The position numbers were made by a program, and so were the translations under genes. The notes under the pieces are model-generated. The model saw only the letters and a list, made by a program, of their open reading frames with translations. It did no database searches and was not told the DNA's origin. Positions 19,974-29,606 of a DNA stretch of 64,000 nucleotides are shown here, one piece after another; the first letter of the stretch is position 1, and each line of letters begins with the position of its first letter. The stretch is from an uncultured Alphaproteobacteria bacterium. Lineage in GTDB: Bacteria > Pseudomonadota > Alphaproteobacteria > Rhizobiales > Hyphomicrobiaceae. The stretch is from NCBI GenBank assembly GCA_963840425.1, contig CAWIYZ010000021.1, forward strand, positions 21,075-85,074, written 5' to 3'.

Positions 19974-21774
19974 TCTCTGCCAGCCCGATGGCCTTGATCT
20001 CTGCGGGAGGCGAGAAGTCCTCCGGGATGCCACACAGACCGAGCTTCTGGAAAAACCGCCCGAGCGCCGGCGCGGCCGTCAGCACCGCAAACGGAATAGC
20101 CACCAGATAACCCGCCGTTAGCGGCAGGCTCCACCAGAACACCGCAGGCTCTATCAGTAGCAGTGCCCCGCAGACGATGATGCCGAACAGTGTCTGTGGC
20201 CACAGGTTCTCCACCGCGGTGCGCCACGAAATGCCGTAGGCATCGCGCGACTGGCCGCCCCAGACGACCGATTTGCCGAACATCAGGCCGATCATGAAGA
20301 TGGTCGTGCGAATGGTGGAGACAGCACCCTGCAGGAAGGAGAACACCAGCTCGATCGCCGCACCGGCTGCGAAGCGAGCGAAACCGCCGTAACGCGCCAT
20401 GCCGCCGCGTGTCAGCACCACGTCTATGAGTCCGGCGATCTTCGGCATCAGGTACATGGTGAAAAACACGATGTAGAGGCCGATGGCCAGATCGGTCGGA
20501 AAGCTCGCGACGCTGCTGGCCTCCCAGGCTGCCGCCGGCAGCAGCGCGATCATCAGCGTCCACGCGGGAATGCCGAGGAACATGAGAATCGCCCACACGA
20601 GCTGAAAGCGGCTCATGGGGTACAGCGCCGGCGTGTCCAGCAGCTTGATGTATTGCATGTTGCCCTGGCACCAGCGCACATCGCGCTTGGCGAAGTCGAG
20701 CATGGTCGGGGGATTTTCCTCCCAGCTGTCGTTCTCGACCGGGAGGACGCGCACCTCGTAGCCGGCACGGCGCATGAAGGTCGCCTCGACCTGGTCATGC
20801 GAGAGCACGTGTCCGCCTAGTGGCGGCTTGCCGGGCAGCATCGGCAGTTCGCACTGCTCATGAAATGGCTTGAGGCGCACCACGGCGTTGTGGCCCCAGA
20901 ACGGTCCGCAGTCGCCGACCCACCAGGCTTGCCCCATGGTGTAAGAGCGCATGCCGTGCCGCATGCCGAACTGGAAGATGCGCGCGAAAGCCGATGACGA
21001 CGGCATGCCCACGACCAGGCTCTGCAGGATGCCGATCTTGGGGTGCGCCTGCATCATGCGCACGAGGCGGACGATGGCCGGTCCCGACATCAGGCTGTCG
21101 GCGTCGAGCGGCAGCATCAGCTCGTAGTCCTTGCCCCAGCGGGCGCAGAAGTCGCGCACGTTGCCAGCCTTGTATCCGGTGTTGTCGGTGCGCCGGCGAT
21201 ACGTGATGCGCGCGCGATCGGGGTCGTCCGCACGCCAGGCTGCAACAGTTTGCTCTTCGGCTTCCGCGACAGCGGGATCGTTCGTATCGGAGAGCACGAA
21301 ATAGCTGAATGTGCCTCCCTCGCCGGTCGCATCCACGCTGGCTTTGACGGTTCTGAGACGCAGAATGGCGCGCGCAGGATCCTCGTTGCGCAGCGTCATG
21401 AAGATCGCGGTCTTGATGCGCAGCCGAGCCGGATCTTCCCCAGCCACAGCATAGGGGGCGACCTGGGCCATCGAGCCTTTGTTGAAGTGCAGCAGCCAGA
21501 GGCCGATCAGCGCATTCCAGAACCCGAGCACGGTCCAAGGAGTACCGGCGGCGAAGCAGAGGTAAAGAACGACATCGACAATCGTCCACCCGCCGGCGCC
21601 CAGAATGCGCCCGGCCGCCCACATCATGGCCAGCCACGTCACGACATTGAGGATGATGACAATTCGGCGCCGGCGGGCCAGTTCCGCGTTTGCTTGTAGG
21701 CCAGTCGGTGTCGTAAGGGTCAAGGCCCCCGGCGCGAGCCCGGCGGGTGAGGACGTGTCGATGGTTTCACTCAT
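19966..21774 (-). CDS. opgH: Glucans biosynthesis glucosyltransferase H (osmoregulated periplasmic glucan synthase)
   Basis: ORF 19966-22170; ATG at 21774 (MSETIDTSSPAG). It has N-terminal TM helices, a GT2 core (RRTDNTGYKAGN, LPLDADS), the RDVRWCQGNMQY motif and C-terminal TM helices. Confidence 0.85.
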   Translation of the reverse strand: MSETIDTSSPAGLAPGALTLTTPTGLQANAELARRRRIVIILNVVTWLAMMWAAGRILGAGGWTIVDVVLYLCFAAGTPWTVLGFWNALIGLWLLHFNKGSMAQVAPYAVAGEDPARLRIKTAIFMTLRNEDPARAILRLRTVKASVDATGEGGTFSYFVLSDTNDPAVAEAEEQTVAAWRADDPDRARITYRRRTDNTGYKAGNVRDFCARWGKDYELMLPLDADSLMSGPAIVRLVRMMQAHPKIGILQSLVVGMPSSSAFARIFQFGMRHGMRSYTMGQAWWVGDCGPFWGHNAVVRLKPFHEQCELPMLPGKPPLGGHVLSHDQVEATFMRRAGYEVRVLPVENDSWEENPPTMLDFAKRDVRWCQGNMQYIKLLDTPALYPMSRFQLVWAILMFLGIPAWTLMIALLPAAAWEASSVASFPTDLAIGLYIVFFTMYLMPKIAGLIDVVLTRGGMARYGGFARFAAGAAIELVFSFLQGAVSTIRTTIFMIGLMFGKSVVWGGQSRDAYGISWRTAVENLWPQTLFGIIVCGALLLIEPAVFWWSLPLTAGYLVAIPFAVLTAAPALGRFFQKLGLCGIPEDFSPPAEIKAIGLAENA

Positions 21775-21873
21775 GCAGTTTTGGCCTGTCGGCCCCGGCG
21801 GTCGCGTGCATAGATGATGAAAGCGGCCAAAGCAAGCAACACATCCGTGCGCCGCTCGGCCGGGCGGTTGAGG

Positions 21874-22845
21874 ATGGCACGCGCTGTCTGGTATGTCCGC
21901 AAAGGGGCCGTCGAGCTGCGCACTGCTCAGGTGCCGCCGCCCGGTCCCCATGAGGCGCTGGTCAGAACGCTTTTCAGCGGTATCAGCCGGGGTACAGAGC
22001 GTCTCGTTCTCAATGGCGGGGTGTCGGCTGGTGAGCGTGAGCGCATGCGCGCGCCGCTGCAGGAAGGCGCGTTTCCGTTCCCCGTCAAGTACGGCTATTG
22101 CGCCGCCGGAATCGTGGAGGACGGGCCGAAGGAGCTCGCTGGTCGCTCGGTTTTCTGCCTGCACCCGCACCAGGAGTATTTCGTCGCGCCGGTCACGATG
22201 CTGGTGCCGCTTCCCGACGGCCTTCCGCCCCGCCGGGCGACGCTGGCCGCCAATATGGAGACGGCCCTCAATGCGGTCTGGGATTCAGGCGCAGGTCCGG
22301 CGGACAGGATCGTGGTGGTTGGTGCCGGCGTGGTCGGCCTGCTCATCGGTTACCTCGCAGCCTGTTTGCCGGGCAGCGAGGTCACGCTGGTGGATGTCGC
22401 AGCGGCACGGGCCGATCTGGCGCGGCAGCTTGGAGTTCGATTTGCGGGACCTGAGGCGGCACCGAAGGACGCCGATGTCGTCTTTCACACCAGCGCGACG
22501 GCGGCAGGATTGGATACGGCCATAGCCGCGGCCGGCATGGAGGCAACGGTTGTGGAGGTGAGCTGGTATGGCGACAGCTCCGTGTCCGTCAATCTGGGCG
22601 GCGCGTTCCACAGCCGCCGCCTGAAACTGGTCTCCTCCCAGGTCGGCCAGGTGTCGCCGTCCCGGCGTCCGCGCTGGGACTATCGCCGCCGCCTTGAAGC
22701 GGCCTTGGGCCTGCTGCAAGACCCCACGCTCGACGCGCTGGTGAATGAAGAGATTCCATTCGAGGACACGCCGAAGGCGCTGCCGGCGGCGTTGGCGCCG
22801 GGCGCCCGCGGGCTGGCGCCGGTGATCCGCTATCCGGGAGCATAG
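21874..22845 (+). CDS. MDR-superfamily (zinc-ADH-like, BchC-like) dehydrogenase
   Basis: ORF 21814-22845; ATG at 21874 (MARAVWYVRKGAVEL). It has a GroES-like N-terminus and a Rossmann VVVGAGVVGLL motif. The position of the catalytic-zinc Cys motif reads SGISRGTE. Confidence 0.75.
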   Translation: MARAVWYVRKGAVELRTAQVPPPGPHEALVRTLFSGISRGTERLVLNGGVSAGERERMRAPLQEGAFPFPVKYGYCAAGIVEDGPKELAGRSVFCLHPHQEYFVAPVTMLVPLPDGLPPRRATLAANMETALNAVWDSGAGPADRIVVVGAGVVGLLIGYLAACLPGSEVTLVDVAAARADLARQLGVRFAGPEAAPKDADVVFHTSATAAGLDTAIAAAGMEATVVEVSWYGDSSVSVNLGGAFHSRRLKLVSSQVGQVSPSRRPRWDYRRRLEAALGLLQDPTLDALVNEEIPFEDTPKALPAALAPGARGLAPVIRYPGA

Positions 22846-22849
22846 GAGC

Positions 22850-23257
22850 TTGCAGATGTACGCCGTCGAGGTTCGCGATCGAATCATGATCGCCCACAGC
22901 CTGCCCGATCCGTTCTTCGGGCCAGCCCAGGGCATGCACGGCGCCACCTTCGTCGTCGACGTCGCATTCTTCCGCGAGCAATTGACCAAGCAGAACGTTG
23001 TCGTCGATATCGGTGCGGCGTTGGAGGTGCTGAACAGGACGCTGAAACCGCTGGGGTACAAGAACCTCGATGCGTTGCCGGAGTTCAAGGGCAAGCTGAC
23101 CACGACGGAATTCCTTTGCCGGCATATTTTCTATGCCGTCGCCAAGGCAGCGCGCGAGGGTGCGCTCGGGGATGACGGCAAGGGCCTCTCCAAGATCCGC
23201 GTGACGCTCGGCGAGACGGATCTGGCGCGCGCCTGGTTCGAGGGGCCCATCGGCTGA
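22850..23257 (+). CDS. 6-pyruvoyl-tetrahydropterin synthase (PTPS/QueD) fold protein, non-canonical active site
   Basis: 135 aa. The IAHSLP...GMHGATFVVDV pattern aligns by eye to the QueD AAHRLP...CGRLHGHSF motif. The start lies 4 nt after the upstream stop. Confidence 0.7.
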   Translation: MQMYAVEVRDRIMIAHSLPDPFFGPAQGMHGATFVVDVAFFREQLTKQNVVVDIGAALEVLNRTLKPLGYKNLDALPEFKGKLTTTEFLCRHIFYAVAKAAREGALGDDGKGLSKIRVTLGETDLARAWFEGPIG

Positions 23258-23260
23258 GCC

Positions 23261-24307
23261 GTGACCGACGCCGTCTTCGCCATACCCGGTGATATCGACC
23301 TGCCGACGGGCGGATACGCCTACGACCGCCGCGTGCTGGCGCTGCTGCCGGCCGCGGGGGTGAAGGTACAGCACCTCGAGCTGCCGGGGTCGTTTCCCGC
23401 GCCGAGTGAAAGCGATCTGACCGAGTCCGGTCGCAGGCTCGCCACCGCGTCCGCAAAGGCCGTGCTCCTGATCGACGGGCTCGCCTATGGCGCAATGCCG
23501 GCTGATGTCATCCGCCGCGCCAACGCTCCGATCGTCGCACTCGTGCATCATCCGCTGTGCCTGGAAGCCGGTTTGACACGGGTCAGGCAAAGAGAGCTAC
23601 ACACACTGGAGCAAGGCGCACTCCGTTTAGCGGCGCATGTCATCGTTACCAGCGCGACGACTGCACAAGCCTTGACAGCGGATTTTGGGGTGCCGGCCAG
23701 CAGGATCACGGTTGCTGTCCCGGGCACGGACGCAGCGCCGCGCGCGAAGGGAACGGGCAAGCCGCTGCAGCTTCTAGCCGTCGGCTCGGTTGTGCCGCGC
23801 AAGGCCTTCCACGTTCTCGTGCATGCGCTGGCTCCCTTGTCCGACCTCGATTGGCGTCTCAGCATTGTCGGATCGCTGGACCGCAGCGTTGCAGCGCCGG
23901 CAACGCTCAAGGACGCGATCGCGCAGAGGGGGCTCGAGGATCGCATCATGCTGGTCGGCCCCGCGAACCAGGGGCAGCTCGATGCGCACTATGATGCCGC
24001 CGACATTTTCGCCATGCCGTCTCTGTACGAAGGGTATGGCATGGTGCTGGCCGAGGCGATGGCGCGCGGGTTGCCGATCGTCTGCACCACGGGCGGAGCT
24101 GCTGCAAGCACGGTGCCTGATGCCGCCGGCATTAAAGTCCCGCCTGGAGACATCGAGGCATTCAGCGGCGCCATCGGCCACCTCATGAGCGATCCGGGGC
24201 TGAGACGGGATATGGCCGAGGCGTCTTGGACCGCGGGCCAGGCGCTGCCACGGTGGGAGGCGACGGCGAAGCAGATTGCAGAGGTTCTGCGGAGGGCAGT
24301 CGCATGA
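23261..24307 (+). CDS. Glycosyltransferase family 4 (GT-B, group 1)
   Basis: C-terminal PSLYEGYGMVLAEAMARGLPIV (EX7E-type) motif. GTG start 3 nt after the upstream stop. Confidence 0.8.
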   Translation: MTDAVFAIPGDIDLPTGGYAYDRRVLALLPAAGVKVQHLELPGSFPAPSESDLTESGRRLATASAKAVLLIDGLAYGAMPADVIRRANAPIVALVHHPLCLEAGLTRVRQRELHTLEQGALRLAAHVIVTSATTAQALTADFGVPASRITVAVPGTDAAPRAKGTGKPLQLLAVGSVVPRKAFHVLVHALAPLSDLDWRLSIVGSLDRSVAAPATLKDAIAQRGLEDRIMLVGPANQGQLDAHYDAADIFAMPSLYEGYGMVLAEAMARGLPIVCTTGGAAASTVPDAAGIKVPPGDIEAFSGAIGHLMSDPGLRRDMAEASWTAGQALPRWEATAKQIAEVLRRAVA

Positions 24308-25137
24308 GCGGATTTTCGCCGGAGTGGCTTGCACTGCGGGAGCCCGTAGATCATCGCTCACGCAGCAGCGATATTGCCCAGGCGCTGGCGGCACGCTTTC
24401 AGAAACGGCAGAAGATAACGGTCGTCGACCTCGGCTGCGGCACCGGCTCTAACCTGCGCGCGACGATGAGTTTATTGCCTTCCGAGCAGCAGTGGACGCT
24501 CGTTGATTTTGACGAGCAACTGCTTGCCGTCGCCAAACGCACGTTGATGGACTGGGCTGACCGCGCGGAAGCGGACGCTGACGGGCTTCTGCTCGATAAG
24601 GACGGCAAGCGGATCGCCGTCCAGTTCCAGCGCGCCGATCTCAACCGTGATCTCGACAGTGCACTCGGGCTGAAGCCTGATCTCGTTACCGCGGCGGCGC
24701 TGTTCGATCTGTGCTCGCCCGCGTTCATCAAGGCGTTCGCCAGGGCGGTTGCCGCTCGGCGGGCGGTGTTCTGTACTGTGCTCACGTACAACGGCATTCA
24801 GCGGTGGACACCGCGGCAGCCGAGTGATGGCGCCATGATCGCCGCCTTCCACGCCCATCAGATGACCGACAAGGGATTCGGGTCATCAGCAGGCCCGACC
24901 GCGCCGGCACACCTCGCCGACGCCTTTCGCCTGTCAGGCTATTCGGTCTCGGAAGGCGAGAGCCCGTGGGAGCTGAGCGCTGGCAACATCGACTTAGTCC
25001 GCAACCTCGCCTCGGGCTTCGCCGATGCAGTTGCCGAAACCGGCAAGGTCGATACCAAGACGATCGACGCGTGGCGCCGGGTCGTGCGCACGGGCGCGGT
25101 CGTCGGCCACACGGACACGCTGGCCACGCCCGCTTAA
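24304..25137 (+). CDS. Class I SAM-dependent methyltransferase
   Basis: ORF 24226-25137; ATG at 24304 overlaps the GT4 stop (ATGA). Motif I is VVDLGCGTGSN. Confidence 0.7.
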   Translation: MSGFSPEWLALREPVDHRSRSSDIAQALAARFQKRQKITVVDLGCGTGSNLRATMSLLPSEQQWTLVDFDEQLLAVAKRTLMDWADRAEADADGLLLDKDGKRIAVQFQRADLNRDLDSALGLKPDLVTAAALFDLCSPAFIKAFARAVAARRAVFCTVLTYNGIQRWTPRQPSDGAMIAAFHAHQMTDKGFGSSAGPTAPAHLADAFRLSGYSVSEGESPWELSAGNIDLVRNLASGFADAVAETGKVDTKTIDAWRRVVRTGAVVGHTDTLATPA

Positions 25138-25139
25138 GC

Positions 25140-25712
25140 TCAGCGGCGCAGGCTCGGCAGCATGCGCGTCAGCACATTGTCCTTGCGTATCAGGTAGTGA
25201 AACATGGCGGCGCCGAAATGCACTGCGACCATGGCCACTAGTAGCATCGCAAACCAGAAGTGCAGCCAGAAGGTTACGCCGGCCGCGTCCTGATTGGCCG
25301 AAACGAGACCCGGCAGAGAAATGCCGAACGCACTGAGCGCGGGGTATTGGGAGATGCCGATGTATCCAAGGAGTGGCACCAACAGCAGCAGGGCGTAGAG
25401 GCTCCAGTGATTGAGATGGCTGGCGATCTTCTGCCACCACTCGATGGTCGGCTCATCGGCCGGAGCGCCATGTATGAGACGATAGAGGAGCCGGGCAAGA
25501 ACGACGAAGAAGATGACGATGCCGATCAGCTTGTGGCTGCTGTAGAGATTGTTGGTGAGATCGTCGAAGATACCGAGCACGTTACCGCGATAGGCCATGT
25601 AGAGCCCGAGCGGCACCTGGATCACCACGAGAACGACGGTCCACCAGTGGAAACGCCGCGCCGTAGGACTATAGAGTTCCACCTGAGTTTCCTGGGTCGA
25701 AGTCCGCGCCAT
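25140..25712 (-). CDS. Cytochrome b561 family protein (CybB-like)
   Basis: Four TM helices with conserved His (RRFHWW, SHKLIG, HLNHW, WLHFW...AVHFGAAMFH). The start lies 2 nt after the upstream RibD_C stop. Confidence 0.8.
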   Translation of the reverse strand: MARTSTQETQVELYSPTARRFHWWTVVLVVIQVPLGLYMAYRGNVLGIFDDLTNNLYSSHKLIGIVIFFVVLARLLYRLIHGAPADEPTIEWWQKIASHLNHWSLYALLLLVPLLGYIGISQYPALSAFGISLPGLVSANQDAAGVTFWLHFWFAMLLVAMVAVHFGAAMFHYLIRKDNVLTRMLPSLRR

Positions 25713-25714
25713 GG

Positions 25715-26437
25715 TCAGCCCCCTTTTTGCTGATTTCTCAGGTCACAGTCGAATAGCACATCGCCGTCCGGCAGCACATGCACTTCGGTTACTGGTCGTA
25801 ACGCCTGAGACAGGGATTGGATCGGCTGGAGTGACAACCCCGGCTTGCCTGATCCGAGAATGACCGGGGCCACCAGCACATGCAGCCGATCCACCGCGCC
25901 GGCATCCAGGAAGGCGGAGATGGTGCGCGCACCGCCTTCGATCAGAAACGATTTGAGGCCAATGCTCCACAAGGCAGTGATGACGGATCGCGGCGGCAGC
26001 ACGCCGTTCTCCGGCATGACCCGGACGACCTCGATGCCGTCGATGTCGGCGCCACCCTCGGAGCGCACCACGATGCGGCGAGCGCCGTCGTCTGCGAGGC
26101 ATTTGGCCTGTAACGGTGCACGACCGGACGGGTCGATGACGACGCGCGCCGGGTGGCGCCCGGCCACGCGCCGTACGTTGAGACGCGGATCATCGGCAAC
26201 GACGGTGCCGACGCCGACAACAACCGCGTCCACCGCAGCGCGCAGGCTATGTACATGATTTAACGCGCATTCCCGGTTGATCCACTGGCTCTCCCCGGAC
26301 AGCGTCGCAATGCGTCCATCCAGAGATTGACCGAGTTGCGCCACGACAAAGGGCCGATCGCGGGGCGCCTGCATCACACGGCCAATGGCGGCGTCGGCGG
26401 TCGGGTGATGCGGCATCTCGCCGGAGCGATCGTTCAT
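25715..26437 (-). CDS. RibD C-terminal (reductase-only) domain protein
   Basis: ORF 25715-26761; ATG at 26437 (MNDRSGEMPHH). AQLGQSLDGRIA, VVVGVGTVVADDPRLNVR and FLIEGGARTISAFL are typical of the pyrimidine reductase domain. There is no CMP/dCMP-type deaminase domain. Confidence 0.75.
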   Translation of the reverse strand: MNDRSGEMPHHPTADAAIGRVMQAPRDRPFVVAQLGQSLDGRIATLSGESQWINRECALNHVHSLRAAVDAVVVGVGTVVADDPRLNVRRVAGRHPARVVIDPSGRAPLQAKCLADDGARRIVVRSEGGADIDGIEVVRVMPENGVLPPRSVITALWSIGLKSFLIEGGARTISAFLDAGAVDRLHVLVAPVILGSGKPGLSLQPIQSLSQALRPVTEVHVLPDGDVLFDCDLRNQQKGG

Positions 26438-26566
26438 TGGCTGGACCCGGGGCGCCGTGGCGAGCCTGAAGGCGGAGTTCGAAAGACAGTCGGCCCGGCG
26501 TTCCAAGTCAAGTGCTATAGAAGCGCCGTGGCGGTTTGATGAAACCATGGAGGGGATGAACGATAC

Positions 26567-28931
26567 ATGAGGCGGCCCGGACATCGGTTGCCGGATGTAG
26601 GTTTGCGCGAGCTGTCGGGCCGAGGCGCGCTCCTTGCCGATAGGCCGGAAAAGAGCTCGCCTTGGCTGCTGTGGCCAGTTGTCCTTGCATTCACGGCCTG
26701 CTTTGTCGCCATGACATGGCCTTGGCTTACCGGGCAGGTCACGAATTCCCTGGGATGCCAAAGCCCATTTCCAGCCGCAGATCCAGTTTCTGGCCGATAG
26801 CTTGGCGCGCGGCGAGTGGCCGTTCTGGAATCCCTTCGTGTTTTCCGGTCAGGTGCAGATCGCCGACCCGCAGTCGATGATTTTTTCCCCGCCGTTCCTG
26901 TTGCTGGCGCTGACCAATTCTCGGCCGAGCCTGTGGGCCGTTGATGCCACGGTGCTGGCTTCTATGTTTGGCGGTGGTGTGGCTCTGCTCGCCTGGTTTC
27001 GCGACCGAGGCTGGCACTGGGCCGGCGCGCTGATCGCGGCCATTGCCTTCAGCTTCGGAGGGGCGATGGCGTGGCGCATCCAGCACATCGGCCAAGTGCT
27101 GAGCCTCGCCTATCTACCCTTGGCGCTGCTCTGCCTCGACCGGGCGATCGGGCGGGCCTCGGCAACCTGGGGTGCGGCGACGGGCATCGTTGTCGGGTGC
27201 ATTGTTCTCGGTCGCGACCAGGTGGCGCTGTTGTGCGTCTATCTGCTCGCGGCTTATGCGATCTGGCAGTTGGCCACGAGCGCCGACCTTCGTTCCGGAC
27301 TAGCTCGGCGTGTGGCCGCGCTCGGGATAGGCGCCGTGACCGGGTTGGCATTGATTGCTATTCCCATAGTGCTCACCGCACTGCTGGCCGGCGGCTCCAA
27401 CCGCCCGGCAATCGACTTCATCGGCGCGGGGCGCGGTTCCCTGCACCCGGCGCTGCTGCTGACAGCTCTGATGCCCGATGTGTTCGGCGCGGCCGGCGAC
27501 ATGCAGGACTATTGGGGACCGCCGAGCTTCGCCTGGCGCGATACGGACCTGTTCATCGCCCAGAATGTGGGCCAGCTCTACATCGGCGCCATTCCGTTCC
27601 TGCTGGTCATGAGTGCGCTCGTACGCGGACGGTTATGGGAGAAGGAGGTTCGCTTCTTCCTGATCGCCGCAAGCATCATGCTGCTCTATGCGCTTGGTTG
27701 GTTCACACCAGCCTTTCGGCTCATGTATGCGCTCATGCCGGGCGTCAACCTGTATCGACGGCCGGCTGATGCCGTGTTTCTCGTCGGTGCTCTCGGAGCG
27801 ATTCTTGCCGGCTATGCAGCGCATTTATTGTTTTCCCGACCGTGGGATCGCCCTACGCAGAAGCATCTCGCCCTTTTAGCCGGGATCGTTCTGGCCGCAT
27901 TCGTGGTGGCCGTGTTTGTGGGGCTGCTGATCGGCCGTGTGGGCCGAGTATGGGTGCCGATCTTTAGTGCCGTGCTTTTTCTCGGTGCAGGGACGCTCGC
28001 GCTCGCCTGGGCGCGCGGCAGAATTGCATTGGAGCCGTTGCTGGCAGCGGGCGTTCTAGCCGGACTCACGAGTGTCGATCTTGCCTGGAACAACGGTCCC
28101 AACACTTCCTCGGCTCTACCGCCGGCTCATTATGATGTGCTCGAGCCCACGACAGACAACGCGACGATCGCGCTGCTCAAAGCGAAAGTCGAGGCGGGCG
28201 AAGCGCGGCGGGATCGAATCGAGCTTGCAGGCCTCGGCTTCCATTGGCCCAACGCCAGCATCACACATCGCCTGGAAAATACGCTCGGCTACAATCCGCT
28301 GCGGCTCGGCCTCTACAGTAGTGCGACCGGTGCGCAGGACCACGTGGGTCTGCCGGACCAACGTAAGTTCGCTCCACTCATGCCATCCTATCGCTCGCGC
28401 ATGGCGGACCTGTTGGGTTTGCGATTTATTGCAACCGGCGCACCAGTCGAGCAGATCGACACGCGTTTGAGGCCGGGTGACTTGTCATTCATCGCCCGCA
28501 CGGCCGACGCCTACGTGTACGAGAATCCCAGGGCGCTGCCTCGCGTCCTGTTCGCGGGGAGCGCCCGCAAGGTTGATTTCGACGAGCTGATCAAGACCGG
28601 CGCCTGGCCCGAGTTCGATCTAACGCGGACGGTCTTGATCGAGCAAGTCGAGGAGCGTGTGGAGCGCCGGCCGGGTAGTGCGGCGATCAGATCCTACGGG
28701 AACACCGATATCGTCATCGACGCTGATAGTCCGGACGGCGGATGGGTGGTGCTCAACGATGTGTGGCATCCCTGGTGGACTGCCACACTCAATGGCCGCG
28801 ATGCGCAGCTCCTGCGAGCCAACGTGCTTTTCCGGGCGGTGCAAGTCCCGCCCGGGAGGCAAGTCGTTCGTTTTACATTCAGGCCGCTATACGGCGCGTG
28901 GGCCGAGCTGACCGGGCGGACCCGTCACTGA
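26567..28931 (+). pseudogene. Large polytopic membrane protein, GT-C / YfhO-like (possibly the PTPS_related family), with a +1 frameshift near the 5' end
   Basis: The main ORF 26802-28931 (709 aa, many TM helices) extends upstream in-frame to 26715 as IPWDAKAHFQPQIQFLADSLARGEWPFWNPF. ORF 26567-26800 supplies a first TM helix (LLWPVVLAFTACFVAMTWPWLTGQVT). The two frames join if one A of the AA run at 26744-26745 is skipped. The span is 3n+1 nt. Confidence 0.65.
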
Positions 28932-28943
28932 GGCCGGCATGCC

Positions 28944-29606
28944 TCAGAGTTGGTGCGCCATGCGCTCCTTCTTGGTCGACAGGTAGCGCTTGTTGTGCGG
29001 AGTTGGCTCGCAGATCACGGGCAGCCGCTCTACAACGACGATGCCCGCGGCACGCAAGGCATCGACCTTGGCCGGATTGTTGGTCAGCAGCTTGATCTTC
29101 GGGAAGCCGAGGTCGAATAGAATCTGCGCTGCCAGATTGTAGTCGCGCGCGTCGATGGGCGCGCCGATCTCGACGTTGGCGTCGACCGTGTCGAGCCCTT
29201 GATCCTGCAGAGCATAGGCCTTGATCTTGTTGACGAGACCAATCCCGCGCCCCTCGTGGTAGGGCAGATAGAGCAGAACCCCGTTCGGCACGCGGGTGAT
29301 ATGCGCCATCGCCGCCTGAAGCTGGGCGTAGCAGTCGCAGCGCAGCGAATGGAAGATGTCGCCAGTCACGCAACCGCTGTGCACGCGCACCACCGGCAGC
29401 ACGGCACTGTCATCCTCATACTCGTTGATCAGCGCCAGAGCCTGGCAGTTCGGATCCAATCCCTGGTAGGCGCGAGCCTCCAGGTTCAGCTCACGGCCTT
29501 GAAACTCGATAGGCAAAATCGTCTGCGCGGTCCAATCGACATCCAACTTGATTGATTTCACTGCACTCGATCTCATCCGCGCCTCCAGACGAAACGCCAG
29601 GCGCAT
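28944..29606 (-). CDS. ribA: GTP cyclohydrolase II
   Basis: Zinc/catalytic motifs RVHSGCVTGDIFHSLRCDCYAQL, YHEGRGIGLVNKIKAYALQDQGLDTVDAN and LLTNNPAKV. An alternative start is at 29576. Confidence 0.85.
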   Translation of the reverse strand: MRLAFRLEARMRSSAVKSIKLDVDWTAQTILPIEFQGRELNLEARAYQGLDPNCQALALINEYEDDSAVLPVVRVHSGCVTGDIFHSLRCDCYAQLQAAMAHITRVPNGVLLYLPYHEGRGIGLVNKIKAYALQDQGLDTVDANVEIGAPIDARDYNLAAQILFDLGFPKIKLLTNNPAKVDALRAAGIVVVERLPVICEPTPHNKRYLSTKKERMAHQL

